Shown here piece after piece: positions 30,754 to 46,292 of a stretch of DNA of 64,000 nucleotides. The notes beneath the pieces were generated by a model. It worked only from the letters and a program-made list of their open reading frames with translations. It had not been told where the DNA came from and searched no databases. Position numbers and translations under genes: made by a program. The stretch is taken from the NCBI RefSeq assembly GCF_009914755.1, contig NC_060928.1. One strand, given 5' to 3'. The DNA comes from the human T2T-CHM13v2.0 reference genome, Homo sapiens. Positions within the stretch are counted from its first letter, which is position 1, and each line of letters starts with the position of its first letter.

Positions 30754-31059
30754 CCTGGATTCTTGTTTTTATCTGTATAGCCTTTATCTAGTTGCTTAAC
30801 TTCTGTGAGGCTCACCTTTTCCATATAAAAATAATGGGGTCAATTAAATTTAAAGGATTGCTTAAGTGTTAACTGCTGTAAGTATTCAAATATTTGGAAA
30901 TACCAAGCTCTGTAGTTGGCTCATAGAATGCAAATACTACACTCCTGTCTAATCATCTATAGAGCTGTTAAATAAGGTGAACTAAGTAAAATGCTTAGAC
31001 AGTATCTGGCACATAGAAATAATAAAATAAATGTCAAATTCCTCTTCATTTTTACATGA

Positions 31060-31357
<298 letters not shown>

Positions 31358-32708
31358 TAATGCTACTTTACAAGATAGTGCTTTAAAAAAAAAAAAAAGG
31401 CAAACATCATAAAAAGATTTATAATGTTTCTGACAGTTATTTAATTTTTAATGAGTTTTTATAATTTCAGTTAAATCCTAAAAATAATTGAAAAATCTGA
31501 TCTTCTGACACTATTTAAGTTGAAAATAATTTTATTGACATAAGATTTCTTTAAAAACTATAAAATTATATAAATTTTTATAAAATGCCCTTTATACTGT
31601 AGCATTGTTGAATGTTTTCAATACCTAAAGATAATGTGATACACAATTTGGAAGGAAAATATTATTATAAATACTATTTCAATTTTTAAAGTTTCATTTA
31701 AAATGTCGCTTGCTTCTGAAAAAGAATTTGAAGCAGCTTACAAGAATAAATAGCAAAACATTTTCTTTAAAAAAATTTAAAAATGGAAAGTCAGAGACCA
31801 TCTATTTAGATAAATGAAGACATAAATGCTCCCAGAAATGTGTTACTGGAGGAGAACACAAAATTTAGCTCGTATTTCTTAGCAGTTAAAGCAAAAAGGA
31901 AATAGTAGTAAGTAAAGTCATTAATATTCTCATGAGAAGAAATACGTATGTACCTTTATACTCTTTCAGTGCAGAAAACCAATTATTTTTCCACCTTAGC
32001 ATCCCTTTGGCCTAGCCTAGTGTCTTTGACATTAGGCACTAAATACATGGTTCTTGAACTGAATTGACCCGTCACCAAAACTAGCTTTCATCTGAATATT
32101 AATAGAGAATGTTATCACGTGGCTACTGACATAAGGGACACTGGTTAATATTATGAGCAAGATATTCCAATGTATGTTTGAGAAGATGCAAAAATGTTCT
32201 TCATATAGTAGCTTCTCATGGCTGGTATATAGAATTTAATTTTGATAAAGTTATTTCCTTAAGGAGCTAAGCATAGTCTTTAGAAATCCTTAACTTTTAA
32301 TAATTTATTTACTATTAGACTTTGCTAAAGCATTTAAATGTTTTAGATATGGCCTTTGCATTCCAAGAAATCACAACACAACCAATGTGGGATTGACTTC
32401 TCTGACAAGCCCTGAAATGTTAGCACTCTGAAGAGGTTACACTAAAAGATCAAGTGATGTTTGAATCTGTTATTTTGTTAATCAAGACTAACATATATTT
32501 TACTCAGGAAAAAACAGCCATCCACATTCTGCACCAGTGTGCCTCCAAATGGGTCCAAGATTGTCTGCAAAAAGAGGAAATTGCCTAAATTCTTGAGTTC
32601 TTGATTTAGATCCCAAAGTCTGTTGCATAGAGAATAAAAGAAAAGCTGGCCTAGATAATTTAAGATCTTGTGTGGTGAATTGGCAATTTTAATAATTAAA
32701 GATCCCAG

Positions 32709-33143
32709 TGCTATGGTTGGATATGGTTTGTCCCTACCAAAATTCATCTTGAAATTTGATCCTTGATGTGGCAATGTTGAAAGGTAGGACCTAGTGGGAG
32801 GTGTTTGCGTTATGAGAGTGATTCTCTCATGAATGGCTTGGTGCTGTTCTCATGGTACTGAGTTCTTTCTCTTGATAGACTGGATTAGTTCTCAGGCTAA
32901 TGAATTTGTTCTCATGAGAGTGAGTTGTTGTAACGTGAAGGGCATCCCTTGGATTTTGCCTCTTAGCCTGTGTCCACTTTCTTTTTGATTCTCTAACACA
33001 TTGTGATGGAGCAGGAAAGACTTTAACAGAAGCCTGCAGATGCCAGGGTCATGCTTCTTCTACTCCCCAGGCTGCAGAACTGTGAGCTAGATAAATCTCA
33101 GCCCCAGGTATTTTGTTACAGCAACACAAAATGGACTAAGACA
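32709..33143 (+). mobile_element. MST (MSTB-like) MaLR solo LTR
   Basis: tgctatggttggatatggtttgtccc...ggactaagaca; 5-bp TSD cccag (32704-32708, 33144-33148). Confidence 0.88.
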
Positions 33144-33425
33144 CCCAGTATGGCTCCCTTAACAATTTTCCTTTGAAAAATATCATATAGTAATGATATT
33201 ACCAAAGTAAGTTAGTGTGAACATATACTTCTATGCCTGACTTGAATTACTGAATGCAGTATTATTCCTATTGTTACTTAAAATTTGTAAAATATGGAAC
33301 CAAAGTCAACAATTTTTGTTGCTTCCCTTTTGCCAGCAACTAGTTAACAGTTTTGACTGCTCTTGAAAGAAACTATTGGCTCATAATAGCAAAATATGCC
33401 AACAGTATTGAAAAAAAAGTAAGCC

Positions 33426-34043
33426 TGTGAGGTAAACAGAATTCTAAATGACTCCCTAAGATTCCCTTGTACCTACACAGCTTACACCTGTTTTTCAGTT
33501 AAACACTAACTAGATACTGCTGTGAATTGTGTTGATGTAATTAATGTACCAAATCAGCTGACTTTAATATAGAGCAATTATCCATGTGGATCTGAGCTAA
33601 TCACGAGGTCTTTAAAAGCAGAGCGTTTACTCTAGTTGGTTGCAGTCAGAGAGACACGCTTAGGTGGCTCAGAGGAAAGCCAGTATCCATGTTCTCGATG
33701 GTGCATGTAGGCCACATGGAAAGAAACTGAAGGAGACGTCTAGAAGAATAGAGTGGTCCCTGGCCAACAGCTAAAAAAAAAAAAAAACAAAACACTAAAA
33801 CGGCAAATAAGTTGGGACCTCAGCCCTACAACCACAAAGAAAGAAATTCTGCCAAAACACACAGAGGACCTCCAGCCTTCGATGAGAACCATAACCCTAT
33901 CAAAAACCTTGATTTCAGCTAGTGAGACCCTGAGTAGGAACTCCGGCCAAGCTGCACCCTGGATTCTAACCTACAGAAAGTTTAAGGTAATGCATATATG
34001 CTGCTTTAAGTTAGTAAATTTGTGGTAATTTGTTGCACAGTAT
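33426..34043 (+). mobile_element. MLT1E-type MaLR LTR
   Basis: cagaattctaaatgactccc; gatgtaattaatgtaccaaatcagctgacttt; aaatttgtggtaatttgtt. Confidence 0.75.
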
Positions 34044-34379
34044 GCATTTAACCGGAATTAATATATAATACATTTGATTAATCTAAAATCAAGTTATTAG
34101 ATACATTAAGAGAAGGAATAGTAGGATTCAAGTGTCTAGACTTCTTAGAATTTGTGTCTAAAATATAGAGGTAATTTCTTCCAATTTCAGCTTTCCCCAT
34201 GCACAGAGTTAGAAAAGCATACAACTTATTTAGAGAACATCAGGTGGATATTATTAAATTGCTATATTGCTTATTTGAAAGTAGTTGTGAAACATTACTG
34301 GAAACAAACAAAAAATAGTTTAATGTTATGTCCAGGAGGACTGTCAATGGAGTTTGCATATTACTCAGCATTAATGTAA

Positions 34380-35210
34380 GCCATTGAACGTTTTTGAGTG
34401 GTTGGAGAGGCTGATTGGAATTATGCAGAAGAAAGATTGCCTTTCCATAGATTAGGAGAGGACCATGAGGCTGTTGTAATACACCATGTTAAATCATGTG
34501 CTATGAACCTTCATGAAGATAATAGTAAAAGAGTAATGAGCAGATGTTAAAGCCAGAGAGTTTGAATTCTAAGGATTTGAGGCCAAATGTATATGTGCTT
34601 TTGCAGTCTAAGATTATAGTTTTTAAGCCTGAGTATGATTATGGTGATTGTAGAGCCGTTAAGAAAAGTATGTAAGTCACAAAGTAATGAGTTTGAAGAT
34701 GCTGTATTTAGTCTGGATAAATGAATGATTTCCAAGCATGTCACATTTTAAGTAATGAGATGGACAAGTGGTGGGAAATGAGCAAAAATTCCCTAAAAAG
34801 GGGAGATTTGTTGCAGAAATAGATTTGGGTTATCAGGATGTATAGTCTTGACAGGTGTCCCCTTCAAGGGAAAGAGGATGAAATAAAAGTAGAGAATATA
34901 AAAATACACAAGTGGGAAAATGTTACATTCAGAAGACGGTAACTTAACAGTAAAAGTTGAAAAAGCTGTATTATTAAGACAACTTGAACAGATACATTGA
35001 GAGACAGATTTTTTTAAGGAAGGTAATGACAAGTTATTCCAGTGGGTACAATGTGATGAATAATGATAAAAAACCTTTGAATTTGGTTACTGAGATGTTG
35101 ATGGTGAACTTCAAAAACAGTTTCAGTGAAATAATAAGAAAACTGCACATAAACTTTGTATAATTGAAGTTGAAGGGAAAGAGATAAGATATTAATGGGG
35201 AGAGGGGTCA
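34380..35210 (-). mobile_element. L2 fragment
   Basis: Purine-rich antisense L2 motifs (tttgggttatcaggatgtatag; ggatttggttactgagatgttgatggtgaactt-like). Confidence 0.5.
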
Positions 35211-36739
35211 TTTATTCATCTGTATTTCTGTTAATAAATTCCAAGACAGTGCTTGGCATAAGTCTCAGATAAGAATAAGACCAATTTATATGCACATATA
35301 TGATGATTAAGTTGAAGTTTCTGGTAGGCTTCCTGTCAGGTTACAATTTAATGCATCTTATTCAGTATTATATGTACATAAACACACACAATATACATAG
35401 GCATTTTATGTATCTACATATAACATTCAAGCTAATAATTTAGTTTTTGAAATATTCAACCAAATGATCTGTTTAATATTTTTCCTGAAGACTCAAAATA
35501 CTTTGCAAATCCCAGTTCATTAATCCTTGCTAGTACTTGAAAAAAAAGACTTAATAACTTTATTCAGCATAGAAATGGGCTTAACCTCAGGACTATTTCT
35601 TGAACTTTTATAAAAACCAGTAAATGAATATATATTTAAATTTCAGATATAATATTTCCACTGACATGGTTAAAATAGTAAATATTTTGTTTTAAATTAA
35701 GGTTATGGCCAGCATAGATTTCTTTGCAAGGAAACTTAAATGGTTGACAGTAATTAGGGTAAACTCATAATGGTCTGAAGGACAGACATTTGTATTCAAG
35801 TTCTCTTTATTAATATATTCACATAAATCAAATTTCCATTTCCCCTAACAGAATAGGAGGCTTTTTTTTCTAATGCTGTGTTTGAAGAAAGACTATTCAT
35901 AGTGTTAATGAGTGAAGACTGCACTCATTGAGGAATATCTATAGAGGAAGCACAGGAAGCATCCTTTTGCTAAATATAGCACAAAAACTGCATTCAGGAG
36001 ACAAATCTTAGGTTCATAATATAGTACATAAAAATGACGGCTGAAAGCTTGAGAGTCTGAAGAAAAATAGGGCATTGTGTGTGAAGGTTAATTCAAGGCT
36101 AAAACTGGGATTTTTAGAATTCTAAATCAATGATTGAAAAACATGCCTATAATCAGAAAACTTTACAATTCAGTATTGTTCTGCATTAACTCCTCTGAGG
36201 GAGACTTCTGTTAGCAATCAGGGTAGACTTCTGCGACTAACCTCAGAACTCATTCATTCATATTAGTCTCAGTAGTTCTCATCCCCAAGCATAACTAAGA
36301 AATAAGTGAAATTCTATACAGTGTGTCCCATTCCAATGTCCCAGGCTCCTTTGGGCATCACATCGATTAATGTTTGTTCTCAAGTTGATATATGTCTTAT
36401 GATAGATACTCGGACTGCTGGCGACACTTCACCCTCCACCCCCACAGATAGAAACTCTAGAATTTTCCTCACACTCTCTTTACTTTCCAAGGTGGCGAAG
36501 AGAACTTTTGACAGCTATATCAGTGCTACTGTGTTCACTGGGAAGGTTCTAACTATATGAGCTTTCAAAAGCAGTCCAGTTGTTTCCAAACCCAAGTATA
36601 AAGGTTTCTTTTAAGGTCTAAACCTTTAAATGTCCTCGTATAAGAGTAGTAGTATTTTAAATACACATTTATCAAGGAAATTCATATGTTTATAATGGAC
36701 TCAAGGATTCTGTGTAATAACTCATAATCCCTGTGGTTC

Positions 36740-36890
36740 AAAACCTCAAAGATAAGAAATCATCAATTTTAGCCTTATTTTTTATTTTTAAAAACTGAAG
36801 CCTAAAGAAGTTTAGTGACTTACCCAAGGTGTAACATTTAAATGGGGGCGGAACTTGGGACTAGAACCCAAGGGTCTGCTAACTCCCAGA
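36740..36890 (-). mobile_element. MIR fragment
   Basis: aaaactgaagcctaaagaagtttagtgacttacccaaggt...gggactagaaccca. Confidence 0.6.
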
Positions 36891-36903
36891 GAGAGTCAAG
36901 TAT

Positions 36904-37404
36904 TGTAAGGTCAAACTCACCAAAGACCACTAGGAATACATCTTCAATCAGGATAATTTCTATAGCAAAAGAGAATGTCCATCATTGGAACTGTGAGGTG
37001 TCATGGTAGGAGGCAGTAAGGAAAGTCTTATTACAAGATTTGGGGATATTCTGTGTGATTCTAAAAGTTAAAGAAAATTGAGGCCATTCTGGGTTGGGTG
37101 CCTTCTGGAAGTGGGAACAGTATGGTAACTAGGTATATTGGTAATTTTTATCTAGGAGGGATTACTGAAGTGGAGAGAGAAGAAAAGGAATATGTTTAGT
37201 TATTCTTGTGGTTGCAGAGTCTCTATATTATTTTTGACCTTGTCACTGAGTGGCATTGTCTTTGTCTTGTTCCGTCACAGTCATGTGTGCTTTGTTTGAT
37301 AATTGTTTGTATTGTTTATATCCTGTGATCTTGTTTACCATCTGCTTGGAATATCATGGCCTAGCTGTAGGCTTCCAGAGCCATTTATCTTCTTCTCGAT
37401 CACA
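36904..37404 (-). mobile_element. Probable old ERV LTR, family undetermined
   Basis: About 500 bp with tg...ca ends and LTR-like composition; not confidently recognised. Confidence 0.3.
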
Positions 37405-38128
37405 TATAGGGCCGACTATACTTACTCTGCACATTGATGAGAAAGCAACATTTGAACCAATAGATTGAAGTTGTAAAAAGAAACATTCCAGTTCAGTACA
37501 GGACACAATATGATGTTTAAGGATAAAGTGAGTTGTCTCACAAACCTGCGTATCTCCTGCTGCTGGAATGATCTACAAGTCAGGATCCTCTAGTAAGAGC
37601 ATGATTGGAATAAATGTAGTTTGCATCTCTAAGACTTTGTTTTTTGGTCTGATACACAAAGTTTCTATAATCGTAAAGGTTTGGAGTTCAGTTGGAAGAG
37701 AGAGTCATGGCTGAAAGAATTTTTTATCAGGTTATGATGGTCAAACATCAGCGTTTATTTCATATATCCTAGTAAATTATGTGCCTTCATAAAGGTTTAT
37801 GTTGTAATTCAAATACTGGATTTTGTCTCCTATCTTACACTCTATATTTCATAAAAACACATTTGTATAAGCAACACATCTAAAATTAGAAGAATACATA
37901 GAGTGTCAGCAGTCTCTTGCAAAATGATGAAACGTACATTCACTTAAAATTTCCTTAACTTTTTTGAACACTTTCAACTCTTCCCATTCTCCATGTATTT
38001 AAGATCATTTCTCACCCCTTATATCTCAGCCTGCAGCCTGTTGGATTACTATCCTTCCAACAATATACAACTGGAGAAATCAAATGTGCTTCCTGAACAC
38101 AACGTCTCTGATTCTATCCTGTAGACAA

Positions 38129-38653
38129 TGAGGTGAGGCCTGAAATTAAGGCCAAATATCATGTGCTGTATTGACATCTGGTGAAACCATGAAGGCTTCA
38201 AATAACCTAATTGGAACTTCTCTTCACCCTGTTCTTGTGGATAAGTTCCCCCTAGCCACCTTACTAACCCCTTGCTACCCCCTTGCTAACCCTCCTTAGC
38301 AAGAAATCAGGTACAGTTCCTGCTTATCCTTGGGTTTCTGTTATCAGTAAACTCATAAAATTATTCAAACCAATCACGACCTCCCATGGGAACCATGGGG
38401 CATCTCAACCTCTTGATACTGCAAAGCCTGCTCCCCGCAGCCACTGGTTGTATACTCTATTCCCAAATGCAACCATTGTGTGTGTCCCTGTGTGGCAGGC
38501 AGCATTGTTCTTCCCAGGCTGTGGATGTATGTGAATACTAAACCGGTGTTGATCTCATCTGTCCAGTGTTAGGTGTTGTGTGTTTGGCCATCCGCATAAC
38601 TCTAGGGTAGGAATCCCTCTCTCTCCTAAGGGTTGAAGAGAAGGTGATTGACA
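38129..38653 (+). mobile_element. ERVL LTR (MER73/MER74-like)
   Basis: ctgaaattaaggcc...ccaatca...ctcatctgtccagtgttaggtgttgtgtgtttggccatcc...gggtaggaatccct; tg...ca ends. Confidence 0.6.
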
Positions 38654-40349
38654 TATAGACCTCTCTGCTTTTCCTAAAGTAGTAAAAAATACTTTTTATT
38701 ACTTTTCTTTAATACTCTGTATTCCCTAGTACTAGTTATATTGTGATTTAAATTATAATTACTATTTCTCAAATGTGATTCCTTATTGCCATGTGGACAG
38801 GAATTTGAGTCTTACCCAGCTTTGTATTTTCTCTATGGCCTAAAATGGCATTTTACAGATTATAATTTAGTTTATACTCTATTAGTACGTTTCACCTTCT
38901 TTCTAAATTTAGGTCATCTTGTGTCTTTTTTAAATCATAAGAAACATTTTTATTTGTAAAATTGAAACTTTTTATTTTACTGTTTAAAAAAAAGTACATT
39001 AAAAAGAAATATTTTACTGGATTGGCCCTGAAGCTGGCAATAAAGCTGTGACTGAGAGCCACTTCAGCAAATTTCATCAGTTCTATGTCTGGCCGGAGGC
39101 TGATGCTAAAGCTAGTTGTCCCATCTCTCCACCATCAGCCTTACCGGGCTGACACATTTCTTGTTAATTTGCTCCTTTATTTCTGTACTACTGGACATCA
39201 TGCACCACTGACAAAACCAAGAATATAACTGCTAAATCATTGTTAGAAATTGAACCGTTTTTATAGTTTAGGCCATCTCCAAAAAGTGTTGAATTTTTTT
39301 TGTTAGCTTTTGCTTTAATAAGAAAGTAATTGAGACATGCACACACAGCTAGAAGATGAGTTAGAATATCCAGTAAATAACAAGAATATACACTACACAA
39401 GATTATATGAAACATGGTCCCTATTTCTTCATGTGCAATCTGTTTGAGAAATGTTACTGTATTATTTGTCTCTCTTCCTATGTTTTAGTTTATCATGTTC
39501 TAATTTAAACTTCATTTAAACTTGGTTAGTTCTAATTAATATTTGGGTCATCTTTGGGTCATCTTTGCATGTAGTAAAATTATTGCTACTTGCCTCTTGA
39601 TGAGCATACAGTATAGTACATCATACACAATTCTTGAGTAAATAGTAAAATAAATGAACTTTGGCTCTTATTATTCATGACATAATCTAAAATTCTGTTT
39701 TCAGCCACTTAGATGTATTGGTAAAAATATGTCCCAAAGCAGAAAAAAACATAAATTCATGCTTTTAATTTTTTTCTAAAGAGATATTATGATCTTATTT
39801 CACACTTTTTAAAACTGTCATAATAGGTGGTGATCTTCAGTATGTACATGCATTCTTCAATATAATAAGTGTATAACAGTTCAATTTCTACTCATCTAAG
39901 AATTTTAAAGAATGTGGTAAGTTTCAATGACTATTGATTACTACTAGTACTTATTTCACTGGCCATAAACTGCTTCTAGGTTTTAATGTGAAAACTATCT
40001 AAAAAACATGATTACATTTAATTTATTATAGATAGCTGAATATACTACCAACATTCATTCAGTCTATGGCAATTCATAGTCATTTAAATATTCAGCAATC
40101 ATATATTTATAGACTATTGTACCATTTGTATTCTACTTAAGAGTCTGTGTTTTGTCTGCTTGATTTCACATTTGATTAAATATTTTAAATGGATACTCAT
40201 TGCTCACAGATGCCCCTTTCTGTGATGTACCATATCAATGGTAGACAAGTGTACTGGACCTCCCTACTGCCCAACTTAAGGGGGCATTATTCTTATACAG
40301 TTTACTTGTTGGTACCTCCTGGAACATGACTTCCTGTAAGGATACCACA

Positions 40350-40720
40350 GTTTCTGGTTTTAGTCAAGTTGAGGAGAGAACACTAATACAGATAACAAAG
40401 CTAGACCCTTGCAGATAAGAGGTATCAGAAGGAGCAACACTAACGGGAGAACATTTCTCTAAAGAAAATGGAGGTGAGATGTAAGAATGTATGGATATAT
40501 TGACTCTAGTGAAGGTGCATAGAAAATGTTTTGGAGAGACTGAGAACAAGAAAGAGAAGTTTAACTACATAAGCCTGGGTAACAGAAGCTTTGTAGGCTC
40601 TTGAGCAGAGAAATGAGAGGAAACTCAAGTTTCTGGAGATCATGATGGATTTTAGAGGGCAGGGGGAAGGTAATACTAATGTAGAAGTGAAGGGATTTAG
40701 GCCTATTGTGAGATAAGATT
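40350..40720 (-). mobile_element. L2 fragment
   Basis: Purine-rich sequence with antisense L2-like motifs. Confidence 0.35.
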
Positions 40721-40885
40721 GAAGAACAAAGCTGTCTCTCAGGTGTCTAGTCAATTCTTTCCTAGAATTTCTGGCAAACTTCCAGTTTATTCTTAAATTT
40801 TCCCCTTTCTGGTAGTCACATTTTCTTATCACACCTACTGAATTTTAATGAAGTTATATACTATTCTCTAAATATTTAATGCATT

Positions 40886-41263
40886 TGTCTTGTTCTGCTT
40901 TGTGTTGCTCTGAAGGAATACTTGAGGCTGGGTAATTTATAAAGAAAAGAGATTTACTTGGTTCACAGTCCTGCAGTCTGTACAAGAAGCGTGGCACCAG
41001 CATCTGCTTCTGCGGAGGGGGCTCATGGCAGAAGGGGAAGGGGAGCTGGTGTGTCACATGGTGAGAGAGATAGCAAGAGAGGGGAGGGTGGTGCCAGACT
41101 CTCTATCGATCACTTCCAGTAAGAATAGAGTGAGAACTCACTCATTACTACAAAGAGAGCACCAAACCCTTCATGAGGGATCTGCCTCCATGACCGAAAC
41201 ACCTCCCACTAGGATCGAATTGCAACAAGAGGTTTGGAGGGGACAAATATCTGAGCTTGTATG
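40886..41263 (-). mobile_element. MST (MSTA/B-like) MaLR LTR
   Basis: gaggctgggtaatttataaagaaaagagatt...catgagggatctgcctccatgacc...tggaggggacaaatat. Confidence 0.85.
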
Positions 41264-44200
41264 TCTTGCTTCCTAAATAATATTAGAAAATTATTAGAAG
41301 ACATCACTAATACTTATGTTCCATAATTATTATATCTAGAATGATTTAAGTGGAGATTTCATGAATTCTCACTGTATTTGGAAAGGCGTAAAGTAGATTT
41401 TAGAGGAGTTTGAAGAATGCATTTGAGAATGGAAGGGATATATGTGTATATATTCTTACATATATTTTATATATTAAGGTATATACCAGAAAGAGTCTCA
41501 AATGCTTCTTTTAATTGACCTTCACAATAATTCTGTGAAACAATTCTTCTATAGCAGAGGAAACAGGCCCAGAGAATGTGACTAATAGGTTAAATGTGAT
41601 GAAATCCAGAATGAACCCAAGCCAGGTTGACTCCATTATGTTCTCATCAGAGACACTAACAGTGGATTTTACTGTCATCATATTATTACGTTAGTAGAAT
41701 AAGGCAGTGTTGTCTATTCTCCTAAAAGACACAATAATTTTTATGTTGACAACTACAATTATTATCTATTTAAGTTACCTTTTCCTAGAATCATGAGAAA
41801 GTAAAATATAGGAAAAAAAAGATAGGCAACTTTATTTCATAGCTTAAGAAAAATGTTACACACATATGCCAAGTACATAGCCAGACCATAAAAGACTTAA
41901 GTTCCTAGAAGTTAAAGATGCTCTAAAATGAAAACCATGTAGAAGTTACATCATTATTTTGTTTACTTGAAATCTTGCAGTTATTGCAGAGCTGTTTCTT
42001 AAATGTCTCCTAAGCGGATGACATTTGCTATGTTCAATATGGGATTCAGAGCTTGACTCCAGTAACATGTTAAATTGAATTACAATGAATTAACTGTGAA
42101 CAATTATCATTAATGAATAGCTATAGGGTATTACCATATTTCACAAAAACATTATCTATAATTATCTCCAAACTTATTGGCATATATTTTCCAAATATCA
42201 GTGAATACTTATTAAAGGTAAACTAGCTCTTTTCTTTTTTTGTTTGAAAATGATACATTGAATGTTCTTTATTAAGAGCCCTGCGTTTGTAGCTATTCCA
42301 GTTGACTTCTGAAATATTGAAGAAAAGTTTTGATAACATAATAGGGTAGCAGAAAGGAATTTACAAAAAATATAGATAATATGTTTGGGAGATTTACATG
42401 TAATTGTTACAGTATTTCCAAATAGAAGTGCTGGGAGAAAGAATTATAAGCAGCTCTAAACAGCAATGAGGGCTTAGAGTTCACAAGTTCTGGATTACAT
42501 GTCTGATTCTAACGTAGGATTTACATATATCCCCTGATAAAGCAATTAATCTATTCTGCATTAGCTCCCCTATTGTAAGATTAAACACTGGCATATATTT
42601 ACCATGTAAGGCTATTTTAAAATCTGAGTCATTTAACTTAGTATTTAAACATTTATGAGGCTGGATGACATTTATTTTGATGTAAAAATTATTATCATTG
42701 CTATTTTCAGGTTATTTGGACTTGCCAAAAAAAAAAAAAAAAAAAAAAAAGCTTGTCTGCTTGCTCTGTAATCTTACATATTCTTTAGCCTCACAAAAAA
42801 GGAGACAGTAAAATTAGGCATCTGGCATCCCTGAGAAAAGTCTTCGATGCATTCCAGGTTTTTATTTCTTCTGCCAGCAGGGCTGTGTGTTTGTGTTACT
42901 CAGATGGGATGCAGGTGTGCATCCATCCACACTCTTACAACCACATAACAAATGGAGAAAATGGAACACAACACACTACTCAGAGTCTTTGGGAACCAAA
43001 AATGCTCAGTAATGAAGTTTACCTCACTTTCCTTATATGTGCATCCAGTCAGACTTCACAGTGAATGGAATTAAATTACAAAATCCTGGTTTTAAGAGCC
43101 AAGAAAGCTCAAACCCCTTATAGATATTCTATTTGGCCTCTTTTAAATATATCTTGCTTTTTACTTTTTTGGGGAAAGGAGATATACACAAATGCCAGGC
43201 CTATGGTATTACACTTTTGTTAACCAGAATAGAGTCTAGTTTTGACCACTATGATAAGCCAGTTTCACTAAAGTGTAAAATATTTTATATCAGACATGAC
43301 ATAGGAACTGCTGATATTCTTATATTCTGCACTTGAGGTTCTTTTGAAACTTTCCCATTTTTAGGGTAGATGAATTATAATGGTTCCAGTACTCTGAAAA
43401 GGCAATTGTGCAGAAACAAACCAGAAAACCTCTTGTTTTTATTCTTTTTCAGAACTCATCAGCTTTGTTGATAATTGTACCATTCACCTAACACTAGATA
43501 CATCATGCACTGTAAATTTTTTAATTCAATTTTCCATATGACACTGTCGCTTTGGGGTCATGTGAAGGACATGTCAAACATTTTGAGTAGGAAGCTGTTG
43601 AACGGTTAGAATGAATTATTGAGGCTTACATTTCTGTTATTAGCCTATTAGTGAAATTTTTCATCCACTGTACTTGTCAGTTGTGTATTAGAACTATTTG
43701 TATTTATATTTATTTTCTTTTTCTTCTTGGTGTCCTATTTCAGTTATGGATGATAGATTTTTTTTAGAGTAACTCAGCTAGTTACTTGATTAGCTAAATA
43801 TTTTAAATTGTATGCTTATATCTGTGAGATGACTTACGAGCAATGCTAAAGAGAAGAGAAATTGAAGTGATTATAGTGGAGACCATAATTTTCAAAAATA
43901 GCTAAATATTATTAAAACAAAAAGATTGTCTGTGTAACTTGTGAGCCATACCCTCTAAAAAGCTTTGGGAATAATATAAAAGTTTATTCTCTGAAATGTC
44001 TTTATGTATTTTCTGGTAAAGTCATAAATTATTCTTTCCAGGCAAATGTCTGTCTTTCTCATGGAGCTGTAACCACATGGAAACCTTGCTGCAGTTTTGC
44101 TTTTCTTTTTCATTCAACCATTTATTTTGAAAATAATTTAATATTCTGTTGAAATTAGGTATACAATTAATCTATGCTTAAAAATATATTTTAAATTTAT

Positions 44201-45173
44201 TATTTTATTTAATTTTAACTTTAATTTTTAAATTTTAATTTCAATGGCTTTTGGGGAACAGGTGGTTTTTGGTTACGTGGATAAGTTATTTAGTGGTGGT
44301 TTCTGAAATTTTGGTGTACCCATTACCCAAGCAGTGTACACTGTACCCAACATATAGTCTTTTATTCCTCATCCCCTCTTACTCTTCTCAAGTCCCCAAA
44401 GTCCATTATATCATTCTTATGCTTTTGTGTCCTAATAGCTTAGCTTCCACTTATAAGTAAGAACATACGATATTTGGTTTTTCATTCCTGAATTACTTCA
44501 CTTAGAATAATGGTCTCTAACTCCATTCAAGTTGCCGCAAAGGCCATTATTTTATTCCTTTTTATGGCTGAGTAATAGTCCATGGTGTATATATACCACA
44601 TTTTCTTTATTTACTTGTGGGTTGATGGGCATTTATGTTGGTTCCATACTTTGGCAATTGCATATTGTCCTTCTATAAACATGCATGTATATGTGTCTTT
44701 TTTATATGACTTCTTTTCCTTTGGGTAGATACCCAGTAGTGAGACTGATGGATCAAATTGTAGTTGTACTTTTAGTTCTTTAAGGAATCTCCACACTGTT
44801 TTCCATAGTGGTTGTACTAGTTTACATTCCCACCAGCAGTGTAAAAGTGTTCCCTTTTCACCACATACACACCAACATTTATTATTTTTTGATTTTTAAA
44901 TTATGACCATTCTTGCAGCAATAAGGTGGTATTTATTTGCATTTCCCTGATAATTAGTGATGTTTAGCATTTTTCAAGTTTGTTGGCTCTTTGTATGTCT
45001 TCTTTTGAGAATTGTATATTCATGTCCTTTGCCCACTTTTTGATAGGATTATTTGTTTGTTTGTTTTCTTGCTGATTTGAGTTCCTTGTAGATTCTGGAT
45101 ATTACTCCTTTGTTGGATATGTACTTTGCAAATATTTTCTTCCACTCTGTGGGTTGTCTGTTTACTCTGATAA

Positions 45174-45518
<345 letters not shown>

Positions 45519-46017
45519 TGATAATTACTTATTTTGCTGTGCAGAAGCTTTTTAGTTTAACTAAGTCCCATCTATTTATCTTTGTTTTTGTTGCAATTGC
45601 TTTTGGGTTCTTGGTCATGAATTCTTTGCCTAAGCCCATGTCTAGAATAGTTTTTCAAATGTTATCTTCTAGAATTTTTGTGGTTTCAGGTCTCAGGTTT
45701 AAGTCTTTGATCCATCTTGAGTTGATTTTTGTATAATGTGAGAGATGAGGATCTAGTTTTATTCTTCTACATGTTGCTTGCCAATTATCCCAGCACCATT
45801 TATTGAAGAGGGTGTCTTTTCCCCACTTCATGTTTGTGTTGGCTTTGTCAAGAATCAGTTGGCTGTAGTATTTGGCTTTAGTTCTGGGTTCTGTATTTTG
45901 TTCCATTGTTCTATGTGCCTATTTTTATACCAGTACCATGCTGTTTTGGCAAATACAGCCTTGTAGTATAGTTTGAAGTTGGGTAATGTGATACCTCCAG
46001 GTTTGTTATTTTTGCTT

Positions 46018-46292
46018 ACTCTTCTAGACATTGGCTTAGGCAAAGAATTCATGACCAAGAGCCCAAAAGCAAATGCAACAAAAGCAAATATAAATAGGTG
46101 GGACTTAAACTAAAAATCTTCTGCACAGCAAAAAAAAAAAAAAAAAAAAAAACATAATTATCAGAGTAAACGGACAACCCCCAGAGTGGGAGAAAATATT
46201 TGCAAACTATGCATCCAACAAAGGACTAATGTCAAGAATGTACAGGGAACTCAAATCAGAAAAAAAAAAAACAAAAAACCGTAAAACAAATA
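46018..46292 (+). mobile_element. Inverted L1 ORF2 segment inside the minus-strand L1PB
   Basis: Reverse complement of ~45050-45179 joined to ~45519-45648, without the Alu. Confidence 0.9.

Noticed and set aside
42727-42750. Isolated A24 tract (also T27 at ~21110) as an orphan poly-A retro-insertion or pseudogene tail
   Set aside because: No convincing TSD and no upstream mRNA-like sequence.
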